From the NCBI GenBank assembly GCA_964016885.1, contig OZ024747.1, positions 20,336,001 to 20,400,000 of the forward strand: a stretch of DNA of 64,000 bases, given 5' to 3'. The notes under the pieces are model-generated. The model saw nothing but the letters and a program-made list of their open reading frames with translations, was not told the DNA's origin and made no database searches. Source of the stretch: Eledone cirrhosa (lineage: Eukaryota). Positions 42,380 through 55,713 of the stretch are shown in pieces (the stretch's first letter is position 1; every line of letters starts with the position of its first letter). A program made the position numbers and the translations under genes.

Positions 42380-42521
42380 AAAAAGTATGTCTCTGACGGC
42401 AGAGCTCAAGCCGTTTCGACGTCGGAGTCATACTTTTTCCTATTTCCCACTCTACTACCCTAAGTATTGAGTACTCTGATGCGTTATGGTACATATGGTT
42501 CGTTACCACAATTCCTTCGTT
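42375..42521 (+). mobile_element. Fold-back retroposon (family E), short
   Basis: Inverted arm 42375-42420 is joined to the direct part at GTCGGAGTC. Shared tail CCCACTCTACTACCCTAAGTATTGAGTACT..CCTTCGT. Confidence 0.75.
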
Positions 42522-42540
42522 ATATATAAAAGATTATATA

Positions 42541-42791
42541 TATGAAGATTATATAGGACAAACTAAACTCACACTCAGAAATAGAATGACAGTTCATCGC
42601 CAACAATTACGAGATCCAACCACGAGACAGATACCACTAAGCGCACATCTAGACATTTGCGCAAGTAATAAGACACTCAAATTCCAAGTCTTCCCATTTT
42701 ACCTTTGCGCTGACAATACAACAGAACAAATACGAATAAATAAGGAAATATGTTTATTCAAAAATATAGACCAGCATTAAATATGGTTTAA
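42541..42791 (+). pseudogene. C-terminal GIY-YIG endonuclease of a Penelope-like retroelement
   Basis: YEDYIGQTKLTLRNRMTVHRQQLRD..LSAHLDIC..FQVFPFY..IRINKE, a 1-nt frameshift, then MFIQKYRPALNMV*: the YIG, R..H, E..FI....P.LN motifs. Confidence 0.88.
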
Positions 42792-43805
42792 TATACATTA
42801 TGTCAACACCATAACATGCTAACCATCCAAACAGACACATACACACACACATAACACCTTCTACTTTAGAAAATAAAAACCCGAACTAAATAAACCTTAA
42901 CATACGTTTGCGCTGACAATACAACAGAACAAATACGAATAAGTAAGGGAAATATGTTCATTCAAAAATATTCCTACTAATGGATTCATTTTCCTACACA
43001 CACACACAAACACACACGCGCGCGCGCGCACACACACAATATACATTCACTTCATCTTAACATGCTAACCATACTCCCACACACACATAACACCCATACA
43101 CACACACATAACACCCCCCACACACACACAACTCCCTCCCCCATTTCTACTAATAGAATCACTTTCCTACACACATACACACATACACACAATATATATT
43201 CTTTCCATCTTAACATACTCCCACACACACACAACTCCCTCCCCCATTTCTACCAATAGAATCATCTTCCTATACCCACACTCACACACAAACACACAAA
43301 TAAATATACATATGTCTACTTTCTTTATTTCAATAGAAAATCTGAACTCTGACACCCCAGCGAACTAGCCATATTCACTGAACCAGAAAATTCTCCCATA
43401 CCATTTCTCTTGACCATTCTTTTGCTTGTCATAAATTCTCTAAAAGGCTACAAAATAAATTCCAAAATACGGGCGCAAAGTTTAATGAACTTGTTCACGT
43501 GACAACCATAATTTCTCTTATAATCAATCAAATTACATTTTTAAAAAAGGCTTCGTGAGCCCCCTTTTTTAAGTAAAACGAAATTCAAACACTCATATAT
43601 GAAAAAACAATCTCAGCCCCCCCCCCCTTGTTTGAAGAACTTTGTAACGCGAACTGGCGCGAAATTTATTATACTTATTGACCAACCAATCAAATTACTT
43701 CTCTAAAATCCTGGCGTTTCGAGCCACTTTTTTCCGTATAAAACGAGTAACATTCAAAGACCAACCAGATGTGAGAAAAACCACAGACCCTCCATCTCAA
43801 CTCTA

Positions 43806-43841
43806 CTTTTGAAAAGCAGAAGAACTGCGAAACCGGTAAAG
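43806..43841 (+). ncRNA. Minimal type I hammerhead, U3-A8 core
   Basis: CTT-TTGAAAA-GCAG-AAGAA-CTGC-GAAA-CCGG-TA-AAG; palindromic ACCGGT stem III, GUA site. Confidence 0.72.
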
Positions 43842-43994
43842 GAACCTAATAAATATATATATTTTTTTAAATAAGACTCCAGTTGCATTTTCGATTTCAT
43901 TTTTTTTCTTTATACTTTCACTCGTGTAGGACACCTCGGTTATTTTTCATTTTGTAAAAAAACCTCACTTTCTAATAAATATATATATATATAT

Positions 43995-44084
<90 letters not shown>

Positions 44085-44628
44085 TAAAAGTGGAATAATG
44101 CACTTGTATTTTAGTAAGGTGTGTTAAGCTCGATGCGTTAATAATGTCGTCATTATGCATTACGATACTGGTAGATAAAGACAGTGAGAGCCGCTGAGCA
44201 TACTTAATAAATATAAAACGAAAACTAACGTTGTTATTCAAATCCCATCTTCAATTTCTACAATTGTTTCTATGTAGATAAATGAAGCACCAGTATGCAG
44301 AATAAATCAATTATTGAGTCCAACAATTAATAATCAATAATCAAAATGGCACCCCAGCATGGATCACCATTTCGTAAGGAAAATAGATAGAAACATTCAG
44401 TTCCTTAGAGTATTAACGCGACACTCTGCATCTGAACATATCAACGAAATAAAAGGTAAAATCTATTCCAACATTATGTTTTCCTGTTTTTTTCTGTTCT
44501 AACTGCATGATGAGATCATAGCTATTGGATAATGGCTATCACCGAAATATATATAGCAGCGAATATGAATAAACGAAGTTAATTTTAACCTGTTGACTTA
44601 CACTTCTTGTTTATATATATATACATAG

Positions 44629-44713
<85 letters not shown>

Positions 44714-44827
44714 TATGCGCGTAAACATATATATATATATTTATATTTGTAGTAAGGTTGCTTGGATGCGTCCATAGGCGTTATGCCGGTTGAGCACTCT
44801 ATGCACCTTCAAAGAAAAGTATAATGA

Positions 44828-45014
44828 TAATTGTTTCTACTTTTGGCAAAAGGCCACCAATTACCCAGTACATTACTGGTACTTTATTTTATCGACCCTG
44901 TAAGGATGAAAGGCAAAGTTAACCTCTGCGGGATTTGAACTCAGACCATAAAGAGCCGTAACTCTTTGCTGTAAAGCATGGCGCCCGACCCTCTACGGTT
45001 ACTGCCAATCCACT
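44828..45014 (-). mobile_element. Nin/Deu-domain tRNA-SINE
   Basis: Near full-length reverse complement of the 27805 family. Confidence 0.88.
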
Positions 45015-45239
45015 GATGATAATGATATTTAGACAGAAGATTTGCTTCGAAGTTGCTAGACGTATCTAATGCACTTGCGAATTCAGAGTCAGGTTCGATC
45101 CACAAATAGATTGTACCTTTGAGTCGTTCGCCGGAGAAACAATTATAATACGTTATTAAATTGTTTCGATGCATCAGTGATTCTTCGTTTTCCATATCAA
45201 TATATATATATATATATATATATAGTAATAATAATAACA

Positions 45240-45290
45240 TTTCAGAAGATCCCGTTAAGGGGAAAGCAGCGATTCTTTGCTTAATAAATA
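45240..45290 (+). mobile_element. Family D fragment (HHR core only)
   Basis: TTTCAGAAGATCCCGTTAAGGGGAAAGCAGCGATTCTTTGCTTAA between (TA)n tracts. Confidence 0.7.
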
Positions 45291-45305
45291 TATATATATA
45301 TATAT

Positions 45306-45550
45306 AAATGAAAGGTATACAAAATATTGTAGCAAAAAGCCAACAGTATTCCATAATACATAAGTGACTATAGCGTCAAAATGGGTAAAATAGTTAACGT
45401 AAGATGTGGGAAAAATAATTCAAACTCATCTCCAAAAAGAATCAGGATATAGATTCATCCAACAGAATTTAGTGAAATCCAGGGAAAAAGTCAATATAGC
45501 CTTAACTCATCATAAAATAAACTTTTGCTACAATATTTTCTATACCTTTC

Positions 45551-45555
<5 letters not shown>
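45306..45555. mobile_element. Insert with ~32-bp inverted ends between (TA)n tracts (family L)
   Basis: AAATGAAAGGTATACAAAATATTGTAGCAAAA vs TTTTGCTACAATATTTTCTATACCTTTCATTT. Confidence 0.6.
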
Positions 45556-45637
<82 letters not shown>

Positions 45638-45640
<3 letters not shown>

Positions 45641-46054
45641 AGATCAAAAGATGGTTAAAGGAGTTCCATATATTTTATTATGCGCATTTCAAAAACAAAC
45701 ATCATCAAACAATAATATTTGTGTTTTCATCAGATAAAACAGGAGAATATGATATGAGGGCTAAAAAACACTTGTTGATAGTGCAGTTTTAAATCAACAT
45801 ATGTTGATTTAAAACTGCACTATCAACAAGTGTTTTTTAGCCCTCATATCATATTCTCCTGTTTTATCTGATGAAAACACAAATATTATTGTTTGATGAT
45901 GTTTGTTTTTGAAATGCGCATAATAAAATATATGGAACTCCTTTAACCATCTTTTGATCTTATATTATGCATACTCCAGTCCCACAAACTGTAGAGTGCT
46001 TCTTATCCGATATCTGCATTGCTTTATTGTACTACAATAAAACTCACCTCCTAC
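45638..46054 (+). mobile_element. Fold-back HHR retroposon (family H): 326-bp perfect palindrome plus ~90-bp tail
   Basis: Arms 45638-45800 and 45801-45963 with no spacer. (TA)n flanks. Confidence 0.88.
45862..45928 (+). ncRNA. Type I hammerhead (mirror copy on minus at 45673-45739)
   Basis: TTTTAT-CTGATGA-long stem II-GAAA-TGCGCA-TA-ATAAAA; palindromic ATGCGCAT stem III, AUA site after 45922. Confidence 0.85.
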
Positions 46055-46091
46055 ATATATATATATATATATATATACATATATATATACT

Positions 46092-46190
<99 letters not shown>

Positions 46191-46617
46191 CAGGGATATA
46201 AATATAGTTTTAACATAAGACGAATGACAGCTGCATATCTATCTCATCAACCAACCTAGTGACAGTTCATTGTCCTGCATTAGTATGGTACAACAATCGT
46301 GACAACAGTTTACGGGACCGATCATATGACAGGTCTGTTGGTGAGATATATGTAAGGCGATAACATATATACAATAATAGTTACAAATTTATTGAAATAA
46401 TGAGTTGAAAAAAGTACACATTAGTAGAGTAGGTAAATATTTATTTAACATTGATATATGCCAGTACAGACTTAGTACGTTTTCATTTGGCGAAAGAAAT
46501 ACTGTTATAGCCTTCGAGAAGTCATTTAAATACATATATATGTATATATGTATATATATATACATATATGTTATAGAATACTTTTAGCTTCTCGCTAAAA
46601 CAATCTCTATACCTCTC

Positions 46618-46695
<78 letters not shown>

Positions 46696-46743
46696 TCCCC
46701 AACAACCCCACTTAAGGGTTTTTACATTGTACATTTACCATTC

Positions 46744-46855
46744 TGCTCTGAGGAAACAGTGGTCACAGCATTGGATATTCGAGTTCTGCAAATACTTGTG
46801 AATTTGCACGTAGCGGAACTAGGCTGCAGTACCACCGTGGAAACTCTTGTAAGCA
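46744..46855 (+). ncRNA. Type I hammerhead with very long stem II, in a ~210-bp insert (46693-46906, family I)
   Basis: TGCT-CTGAGGA-aACAGTGGT..ACCACCGTg-GAAA-CTCTTG-TA-AGCA; GUA site. Confidence 0.75.
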
Positions 46856-46902
46856 CACGGAATAAATTACCTTTTTATGATGTCTACCTGTTATTATTCA
46901 TT

Positions 46903-46933
<31 letters not shown>

Positions 46934-46934
46934 A

Positions 46935-47214
46935 GTATTGAAATTTCCGTAGGAAACAGAAAAGGTCATAGAAATGAAGAGTGCTCTATGTAAGTATCAG
47001 AGCAAAATTTAATGTATAAAATCAATACAATATAATTACCTCATTACCAGAGGTTTCCCGAATGAGACGAATACGAAATAAACGACTTCATTCGTTCGTC
47101 AGACGAGGCAATATTGCCTCGTCTGACGAACGAATGAAGTCGTTTATTTCGTATTCGTCTCATTCGGGAAACCTCTGGTAATGAGGTAATTATATTGTAT
47201 TAATTTTATACATT
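46935..47214 (-). mobile_element. Fold-back HHR retroposon (family J): 204-bp palindrome plus tail
   Basis: Palindrome 47011-47214 centred at 47112/47113, tail 46935-47010, (TA)n flanks. Confidence 0.85.
47113..47190 (+). ncRNA. Type I hammerhead (mirror copy on minus at 47035-47112)
   Basis: ATTGCCTCGT-CTGACGA-aCGAATGA..TCATTCGg-GAAA-CCTCTGG-TA-ATGAGGTAAT; 10-bp stem I, GUA site after 47180. Confidence 0.88.
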
Positions 47215-47263
47215 ATATATATATATAGATATATATATATATACATATACATATATACATATT

Positions 47264-47336
<73 letters not shown>

Positions 47337-47380
47337 ACATGTATATATATATATGTATATATGTATATATATATATATAT

Positions 47381-47516
47381 TTATTAAAATAACAGATTAA
47401 AGTTTAAGCAAAAATCGCTGCTTTCACCCTTATTTGCTCTACGGTTCTTATATATTTGATATATATTTATCCTTATCGAGCCCTCTTTGGATTTTAGTCT
47501 TCAAATTTATTATTAT

Positions 47517-47520
<4 letters not shown>
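47381..47520 (+). mobile_element. Family D copy (short inverted arm plus tail)
   Basis: Same arm start and tail as 4039-4260. Confidence 0.8.
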
Positions 47521-48098
<578 letters not shown>

Positions 48099-48129
48099 CA
48101 TACATAGGTATATATATATATATACATAT

Positions 48130-48190
<61 letters not shown>

Positions 48191-48235
48191 TACATACATA
48201 TGTATATATATATATATATATACATATATACATAT

Positions 48236-48306
<71 letters not shown>

Positions 48307-49597
48307 AATGTATACATGTATATATATATATATATATACATATATATATGTGTGTGTGTGCGTATGTATATGTACGTAGATACGCTTCCAAAGATCATAC
48401 ATTTCGAATGCTCCCACATCAAGAGACAAATAAACGTATAAACATTCACTCCACATCAATACTAATGTTTGCATATGTGAAAACGGAAGGAAAACAACAC
48501 CATTTATCCCAGTCATTCCGCTAATCGTTGCACTAAAGAATTCATCAAACATGGTTTACTTTTCTATTAGTGACGTGTCGATCTCTTTAATGTCAGAGAG
48601 GCACCCGCATTTTTTAGCAAATATGTAGATAGATGGAAGGTTATCCGTGATGTTACATTCGAAAATTTAAGGTTATTCTATTGATTGATGCCTGCTAACC
48701 TCTGCAGTAGATTCAAAACGTTTCCCATAACAAACCAGAACTTATAATTCAGCATTCCAGATAACATTAGTTACTGTCATCATAAGATAAATGCGTATGT
48801 CATGGAAAAACTTCAATGTACAAGGACAAGAGCAATATACTGTTTGGATCTCTAACCCCAATTAAAATAGCCTCCAGTAATTTTGCAGTTAAATGTTAAA
48901 TAGTATTTTGCAGCTAATATAAAGAAAATGAATCATTTTCTAATTTCTTCAACAGGTCATGAATCAACGCTCTGTCTGTCGATTCTTACGTCATCCAGTA
49001 CCAGCACGTTAAGACACAATGGGTCTTACTGAATTCTACCAAGACCACACCCTTAACGGGAGCACTGTATATAGCCGAATGTCTTGCCTTACAACATGGT
49101 TTCTTTCACGTTTCATGTTTTAGGATAGTTCTACTATGCGCTGACTCCATATTGCCTTCCAACTGCAATTCAAAATTTAAGATTTAAGGAATATTTTGTC
49201 AACTTAGACCCGAATGTCTGTGGTCATGAGTATGGGTGTTATGTACTTCTTATGGAGAGCGTAGATTTATTAGAAGGAACGTTTTTAAAACATTTTATAA
49301 CACTACACAGTAATTTATAGAAAAATATTAGTCATCATCATATTTCACTGAATATTCTCGAAGCCTCATCAAAGAAACAATATAAAAAGCAAATATATTT
49401 AACGCACAAACCGGGAAAACAAGTATTTTATGTCAGACAATCGAAAATATGCAATATCAAATATGGTGTTAGTTACATGTATGAAATTTGTTTGCGGTTA
49501 ACATTAGATTTATTTTCACACTCACAAAATATCTTTGTGGTTGGGAGATAGACCCTTGTTTGTTGCAAGTTTGTGGCTTCTTCCATTTTATTATTTA

Positions 49598-49752
49598 CAT
49601 GCTTTCCAGCATAGTTATGTCACTTTACGATCTGAGTTCAAATCCCGCCGAGGTTGACTTTGCCTTTCATCCTTACGGGGTCGATAAAATAAAAGTACCA
49701 GTAATGCACTGGGTGATTGCTGGCCTTGTGCCTAAAGTAGAAACAATTATTT
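49598..49752 (+). mobile_element. Nin/Deu-domain SINE followed by a tiny Tx1-like 3' end (~49766-49790)
   Basis: Matches the 27805 family. GCCCTTGTGGCCAATAAAGAAA resembles the Tx1 3' terminus. Confidence 0.85.
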
Positions 49753-51998
49753 ACATAATTATATCTGCCCTTGTGGCCAATAAAGAAATTATTATCTATA
49801 TAGCTATAGTAAGACCAATGGATTGGCAGTGTTGGTTGAATGTCGGACACCATGCTTCGTGGTGTAAAGTGACTGCATTTGGTTGTATAGAAGATCAAAT
49901 ATAAAATATAGTCATTTATTGTGATAGTAGAGAGGAGAGGAAGTGGGAGTAAAGAGTTTCACACTATTAATCTGTGTGCTGTCATGTGCTACAATTATTC
50001 GTTCACCATTGTTATAGGTGAAAGTTTCGATACACGCTTGACAGGTGCAATGTGTCTGAAGACGGAAGAGCCGAAATCCCACCGTCATCGCCCCCATCTC
50101 ACTCACCCTCCCCATCTCTCTGTATAGTGAGCAAATGGAGTCCCACCTGCTCTCCCCCCCCCCCCACAGCCCCGGCGAACAGAATGGAGAAGGCGTTTCC
50201 CCGGAAGATGGTAAGGGAGATACGCTGGAAGAGCCATTCCAACTGGTGAGGCTCACACCTTCGGCTGGCCAGCTCAGCGCCTATGGTGGTGAGTGGAGTG
50301 GTAGCCCTAAGGCCAAGGACACCAGAAGTCTCCACTGCCAAGGGCACGACCGCAGACCTGTCGGAGAGCGACCGATGGCCCTATAATTTCTGATTTCAAA
50401 TACAGTCACTAAAACAAAGAACAGTAACTCACTAGGACTCATTTATTCGACTTTCTTTTGCACTTTAATCCTGGCTCTGCCAAATCTTTGCATATTGTTC
50501 TAATATCATGAATTTGTGTACTGCCATTTGTAACTTACGTTGTGTACTGCCATTTGTAACTTACGTTGGGTATCTGAAACATAATCAATGTCTAGTAAGT
50601 TTGTGCTTCATTATCGATGGTTTATTTGTGGTTCTGTTATATGAGGTTTTGTTTAAATGTTTATTTCTTCTATAGTCTCAGTGCAATTGGATACTGTATT
50701 ACATTTTATATATTTCTTCCGTTTGGAAGGTTGATTTACCTACCATTTCGTATGTGGTTCTGTATTGTATATACTAATTAAATTTTACATCCATTACATT
50801 ACTTTTCCGGTGATTTATTTTTGTATGTGAGTTTAATACTAATCCTTATTCGGAATTAAAGAACTTCTATTTTACAACTGTGCACATATTCATTAATCCC
50901 TCCCATATCAATATATTTATTACTCTTTCCTAGAGAATCATGTAATATATGTGATGCTTCTCTGTACATATACATTTAAATGGGACCGAGTTACATCAAT
51001 ATTTGCGTAAGTTTTAGAGTACATTAAAGGGGACATAAAGCAATTTTTTATTTTGTTTTCTTATAATGCCGAACCGTTACTGTGTATCTTCAGTTCCTGT
51101 ATGTTTCCAATGTGTTTTTGTGTTTTAGTATAAATCTATTTCCTGCATCAATCACTTTAAGCATCAATCACTACTTGCTACCACTGGGGTCGACGCATTT
51201 ACAAGGTTGAATCATTGTAACATAACACAAAACAAAATAGACCGAAAACATTTGTCGATAACACATTTACCTGACAATCTATAAATTTGGTCATGGAAAT
51301 TATATTAATAGCAAATATTATTCAAGATTCGGTAAATATATATAATCCAGAATCCGAGGAATGAATTCTTGCATGACGGGCAGTTACTCACCATCCATTA
51401 CAATCTATTCTGCCAGAAATCACATACCATGTATACTTCCCTTCCACCATTAACAAACATATTTATTCAATGACAAACGTAAAACATTTTCGTTTTAACT
51501 CTTGGATTTTTTTCTACTCTTACCCTCATTTGACAAAGGAATTTTGTGCGAAACGTTGATACTTCTTTATTTTTCTCCCGGCATAGTAAACTGAATTTGT
51601 TTACCTTTATTTGCCAATGTTTATTTATTTCTTTCACTACAATTTTGCTTCAACAAATATATGTGTGCATGTCTGAATGTGCAAATATATTTTCACTTCA
51701 ATATAATTTTATCACCCTTTCCCTCGTTCTTTCTCTTTCTCCATCTCTCTCTCTCCCCACTCCTCTTTCACTCAGATTGTTTTCTATTATTATGTATATC
51801 TCCCTCATACTCATAGCACACACACACACACACAAAACACACACACAAAACACACACACACACACACACACATACACACATATATATATATATATATATA
51901 AATATATATATATATAAATATACATCCACATGCATATATACATGTATGTATTTATGAATATGTATATATTAAACACACACATAAACACATACACACAT

Positions 51999-52058
<60 letters not shown>

Positions 52059-53008
52059 ATATAATTATATATGTATATACATATATATTTCCATAAATAT
52101 CTAATCACACATTCCCGCGCGCACACAGATACACACGCCAATATATAACTAAGCATATTTACATACCTACATAAATACATACAAACATACGTACGTACAT
52201 ACATACATACATACATACATACATACATACATACATACATACATACATACATACAGTTTCTGTATTAGTTAAACTGTGATCTATTTTCTACTTCACACAA
52301 CTCTCTACAGTAAATATTTAACGATTTTTTTCGTTTTTATTATTAAAGGAAGCTTTGAATATGTAGTTAGTTATTATTTGAAACCAAATATTTGCCCAGA
52401 ATTTTTTCGTACTTCGTATTTTTCCAAACTTCTAAATAATGTACAGGAGTTTTAATAAATATATCTGTCTCGTGAAGTGCTTTTTTGTTTCTTTCTTTTT
52501 AGAACTTTAGAATTCTGTTGCTTAAATTACGAATTCTGTTACACCAGATTCATGCCTGCATTATATTAATGAAGAATTTTGGTATCTGGTGATTGTTATA
52601 ACCATAGTGTACGATGGATATAGTCTTTGCGTCACTCTTCTGATAGAAGGATCATTTTCTTTCTCATAGTTTGGATAAAATGCAATCACGTTAATTTTTT
52701 CTGGCTCTGTGTATTCCGAGTTCAAATCCTTTGCTTTTTATCATTTCTTGGACAATAATGGATTTATTTGTTAAATGTTTCCCTTTCACTAAATGATCTC
52801 CCCAGTCCCTAAATTAAAACACAATATTAGGAGGAGTATAGCTCGAGGAATAGTGTAACACTGAATGAAGTGCAATCATATAAAACCACATTAGATAGAA
52901 TTATATTAAATATGTGAAATTATTATTACATATATCATGTAAATGTAATTTCATTAATGGACCAAAAATGTCTTAAGAGACATGCTTGTGACAATTTTAG
53001 GACAATTA

Positions 53009-53049
<41 letters not shown>

Positions 53050-53499
53050 CACATTATTCTATTCGAAAAATTGGATATTGTAATGCATGTTCGAGCTGGG
53101 ATGTGCATCACTTTGTGCCATTGTTAGATATAAATATTCTGCGTAGGATCTCCAGGGTGCCAGACAGTAGGGATGTCACTACCTATTGCTCTTCTGTGAT
53201 GTAACAACATGACATGCGACAGATTGTGCCCCGCCAAAGCCAGACCAAAATTTTGTAGGGGTATAAATCACTTAACGGAATTAATCTCATACCTAAATAC
53301 GCTATGGTGAGATTTGAACGCAAACACACAAGACAAACTCTCCAATGCCTCACGTCCGATCCAGTAGCGACTCTACCAATCCATGTTACTGTGTCGTTAC
53401 CTTACTTATGGCATAATAGAAGAAATTGATTTGGCTGCTATTTCTAATATGTCATACGACTATATAGAGATCACCTCCTTTGGGTAGACGTTTATTTGT

Positions 53500-54225
53500 T
53501 ACAAGCAGTGGTACCCGGCGTTGTAAGGGATAAGGTATTTTGGAACGCGGGCCGCCAACAGACCTAATCGTGGAAAAAGTGCATGCCTGGACAATATGTA
53601 AAGAAAATAAACCGAATACTCTGATGCAATTAGTATTAGGTATGCTTCTCCTTCCACGTGGAGAAAATCGGCTTGGTGTTTTGGACTTTAATAAAGTGGT
53701 CTGAAGCTATTTGTTTATAACGTGAGGAAAAAGTTGTGTGCACTTACCAACTGTTTGTGGAATGAGTGTGAGATTTGCCTTGAGCAGGGGTGGCAGAACA
53801 ACCGGAGGCAGTAGGCTGTAAGTGGTAATTCTGCACGCAGAAGGAATTGTGGGAAGATATTACCTGTCGCAATTCCGTCCACGAATTACGTCACGATTGG
53901 GCAGCAGACGTCAGTCGGAAGGTACGATATAGGCAATTGTGTGAAGTTCAAGCGGGGGGGGGGGGGGAGCATGTTTAAGTAGGGTTTTTTGGGCGATTCC
54001 AAAAAATGAATTTCTTTTATGTGCATAATATACCTTGAAATTTCGGGAAAATCGGCTCGACGTAACGCCTCAAAAAAGCCCTAAAAAGCTGAAAAAAATG
54101 AAGTGTTTCACCTAATGCGGGCGGGCCCTAGATCATAAAAAAAGTTTGATTTTCTTTGCTCACCGTATGAAGGAGAAACTGACTAATACATAGTTACAAT
54201 TTCAAGGAAATCGGTCTGACCACAA
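53500..54225 (-). mobile_element. Degenerate non-autonomous Helitron-like element
   Basis: ACAAGCAGTGGTACCCGGCGTTG is the reverse complement of a CAACGCCGGG..GCT(A)GT 3' end like that at 26179-26201. The 5' boundary is approximate. Confidence 0.55.
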
Positions 54226-55537
54226 CAACAAAAAGCAGGAGCAGCAATAACAATAACTTCTACAACAACAACGACAACGAAATGAGAAAACATACTCTAC
54301 TTGGTCAGGCGATTTGCTAAATGAACAACCATATTGCATCATACAACGATCTTTATATAATCCGTTTCATTTAGATAAAATATTGTCACAGCTGAAATAC
54401 CTTTGAACATAGTTCTAAACTGGGGATTAAACAACTAAAAACGTCAGCGCCAACAGAAATTCTATGAGATCAGTTCACTTGGCATACTATGAAATCAGAA
54501 ATAAACTTAGCAAATTAATACATGGACAGCAAAATAACCGCACCGTTACTCCAGAGTACATCATATCTTCCAGTATTTATTCCGAGGCTCTACATCCAAC
54601 ATTCGAATCCCCCATACTTTATTGTATATTTTACCCTTTCGTAGTCAATAAAATAAGGTACCAGTTTGGAGAAAGCGACTGATGGAATTGATAGAACGTT
54701 AGATGAGGTATTTTGTTGTATTTGTGCGTGCCTTTGCGTTCTGATGGGAAATTCTTCTCTGCACAGCATTGTTGATTGACTTAATCTATTGTTTGGTTTA
54801 ACGCCCCATTTGGCCCGTAGGTGCTTTTAGTGAAGTCTATTTGTTCCATATACTCTGACCAGGTCTCTGGTAAACCTTCCTCCCTTTTTATACCGGTTTC
54901 ACCTTAAAGTAGGTCATGAACGCTACATTTGCTTCCCCGAATAAGCAATAAAAATGAAATAAATAAATAAATGCTGGCTTTGTTTAACGCCGAATCAATT
55001 AGCAGAAACCAGTCGTCGTTTGCATACCTTCTTCAGTGATTGATTGCGTCAATGGAAGTGGATAAAAGTAATAGCCGACTTCATTCCTTGCAAACAATTC
55101 GTTGTAAATATCCTTGCATCAAGTGACATTGATGAGCTGTTTACATGTCCCAGTGGATTTTCCATTTGCAGCATTTCTAGTGGTTCTTTGACAACTCGAA
55201 TGTTATCTACAAGATAAGTGGCTTTTATAAGGATTTTGTGTCTTCAAAATGTATAATGATATCAGTTACGGCAATTAAACCGAAAAGATTCTTATAAATG
55301 GACATGCTCCTTCTTATAATCACGCACAGACTACTATTAGCATTGTCATAATGGAGTTTAGAATTCTTCAGATTAGTAATCCTATAATATAATAACCCCT
55401 ATTAACCACTGAAATAAAATGTTCTGTCTCTACATTCCTTTATATACATAAGCGATGTATATATGTTTATATAGTTTAATACATGAAATATATGAACATT
55501 GATATACATAAATGTGTGTCCCCGCACGCACAAATGA

Positions 55538-55574
<37 letters not shown>

Positions 55575-55682
55575 TATATATATATATATGTGTGTGTGTG
55601 TGTATATATATATATGTATATATATATGTGTGTGTGTGTAAATATATATATATATATAAGTTTATGTATGTATATATATATA

Positions 55683-55712
<30 letters not shown>

Positions 55713-55713
<1 letters not shown>

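Larger units (their letters stand above)
42530..43975 (+). mobile_element. 5'-truncated Penelope-like element (family G): endonuclease end, long 3' region and HHR
   Basis: GIY-YIG relic, internal duplications (42907-42971; ~43470-43620 vs ~43655-43795), HHR at 43806-43841, and a (TA)n/(GA)n 3' flank. Confidence 0.75.

Noticed and set aside
45638-47214. Palindromes as MITEs, miRNA precursors or assembly artefacts
   Set aside because: Asymmetric tails, variable turning points among copies and embedded ribozymes fit retroposon fold-backs. Recurrence at separate loci with diverged arms argues against artefact.
50056-50090. CTGAAGA..GAAA hammerhead
   Set aside because: Stems I and III do not pair adequately; likely chance.
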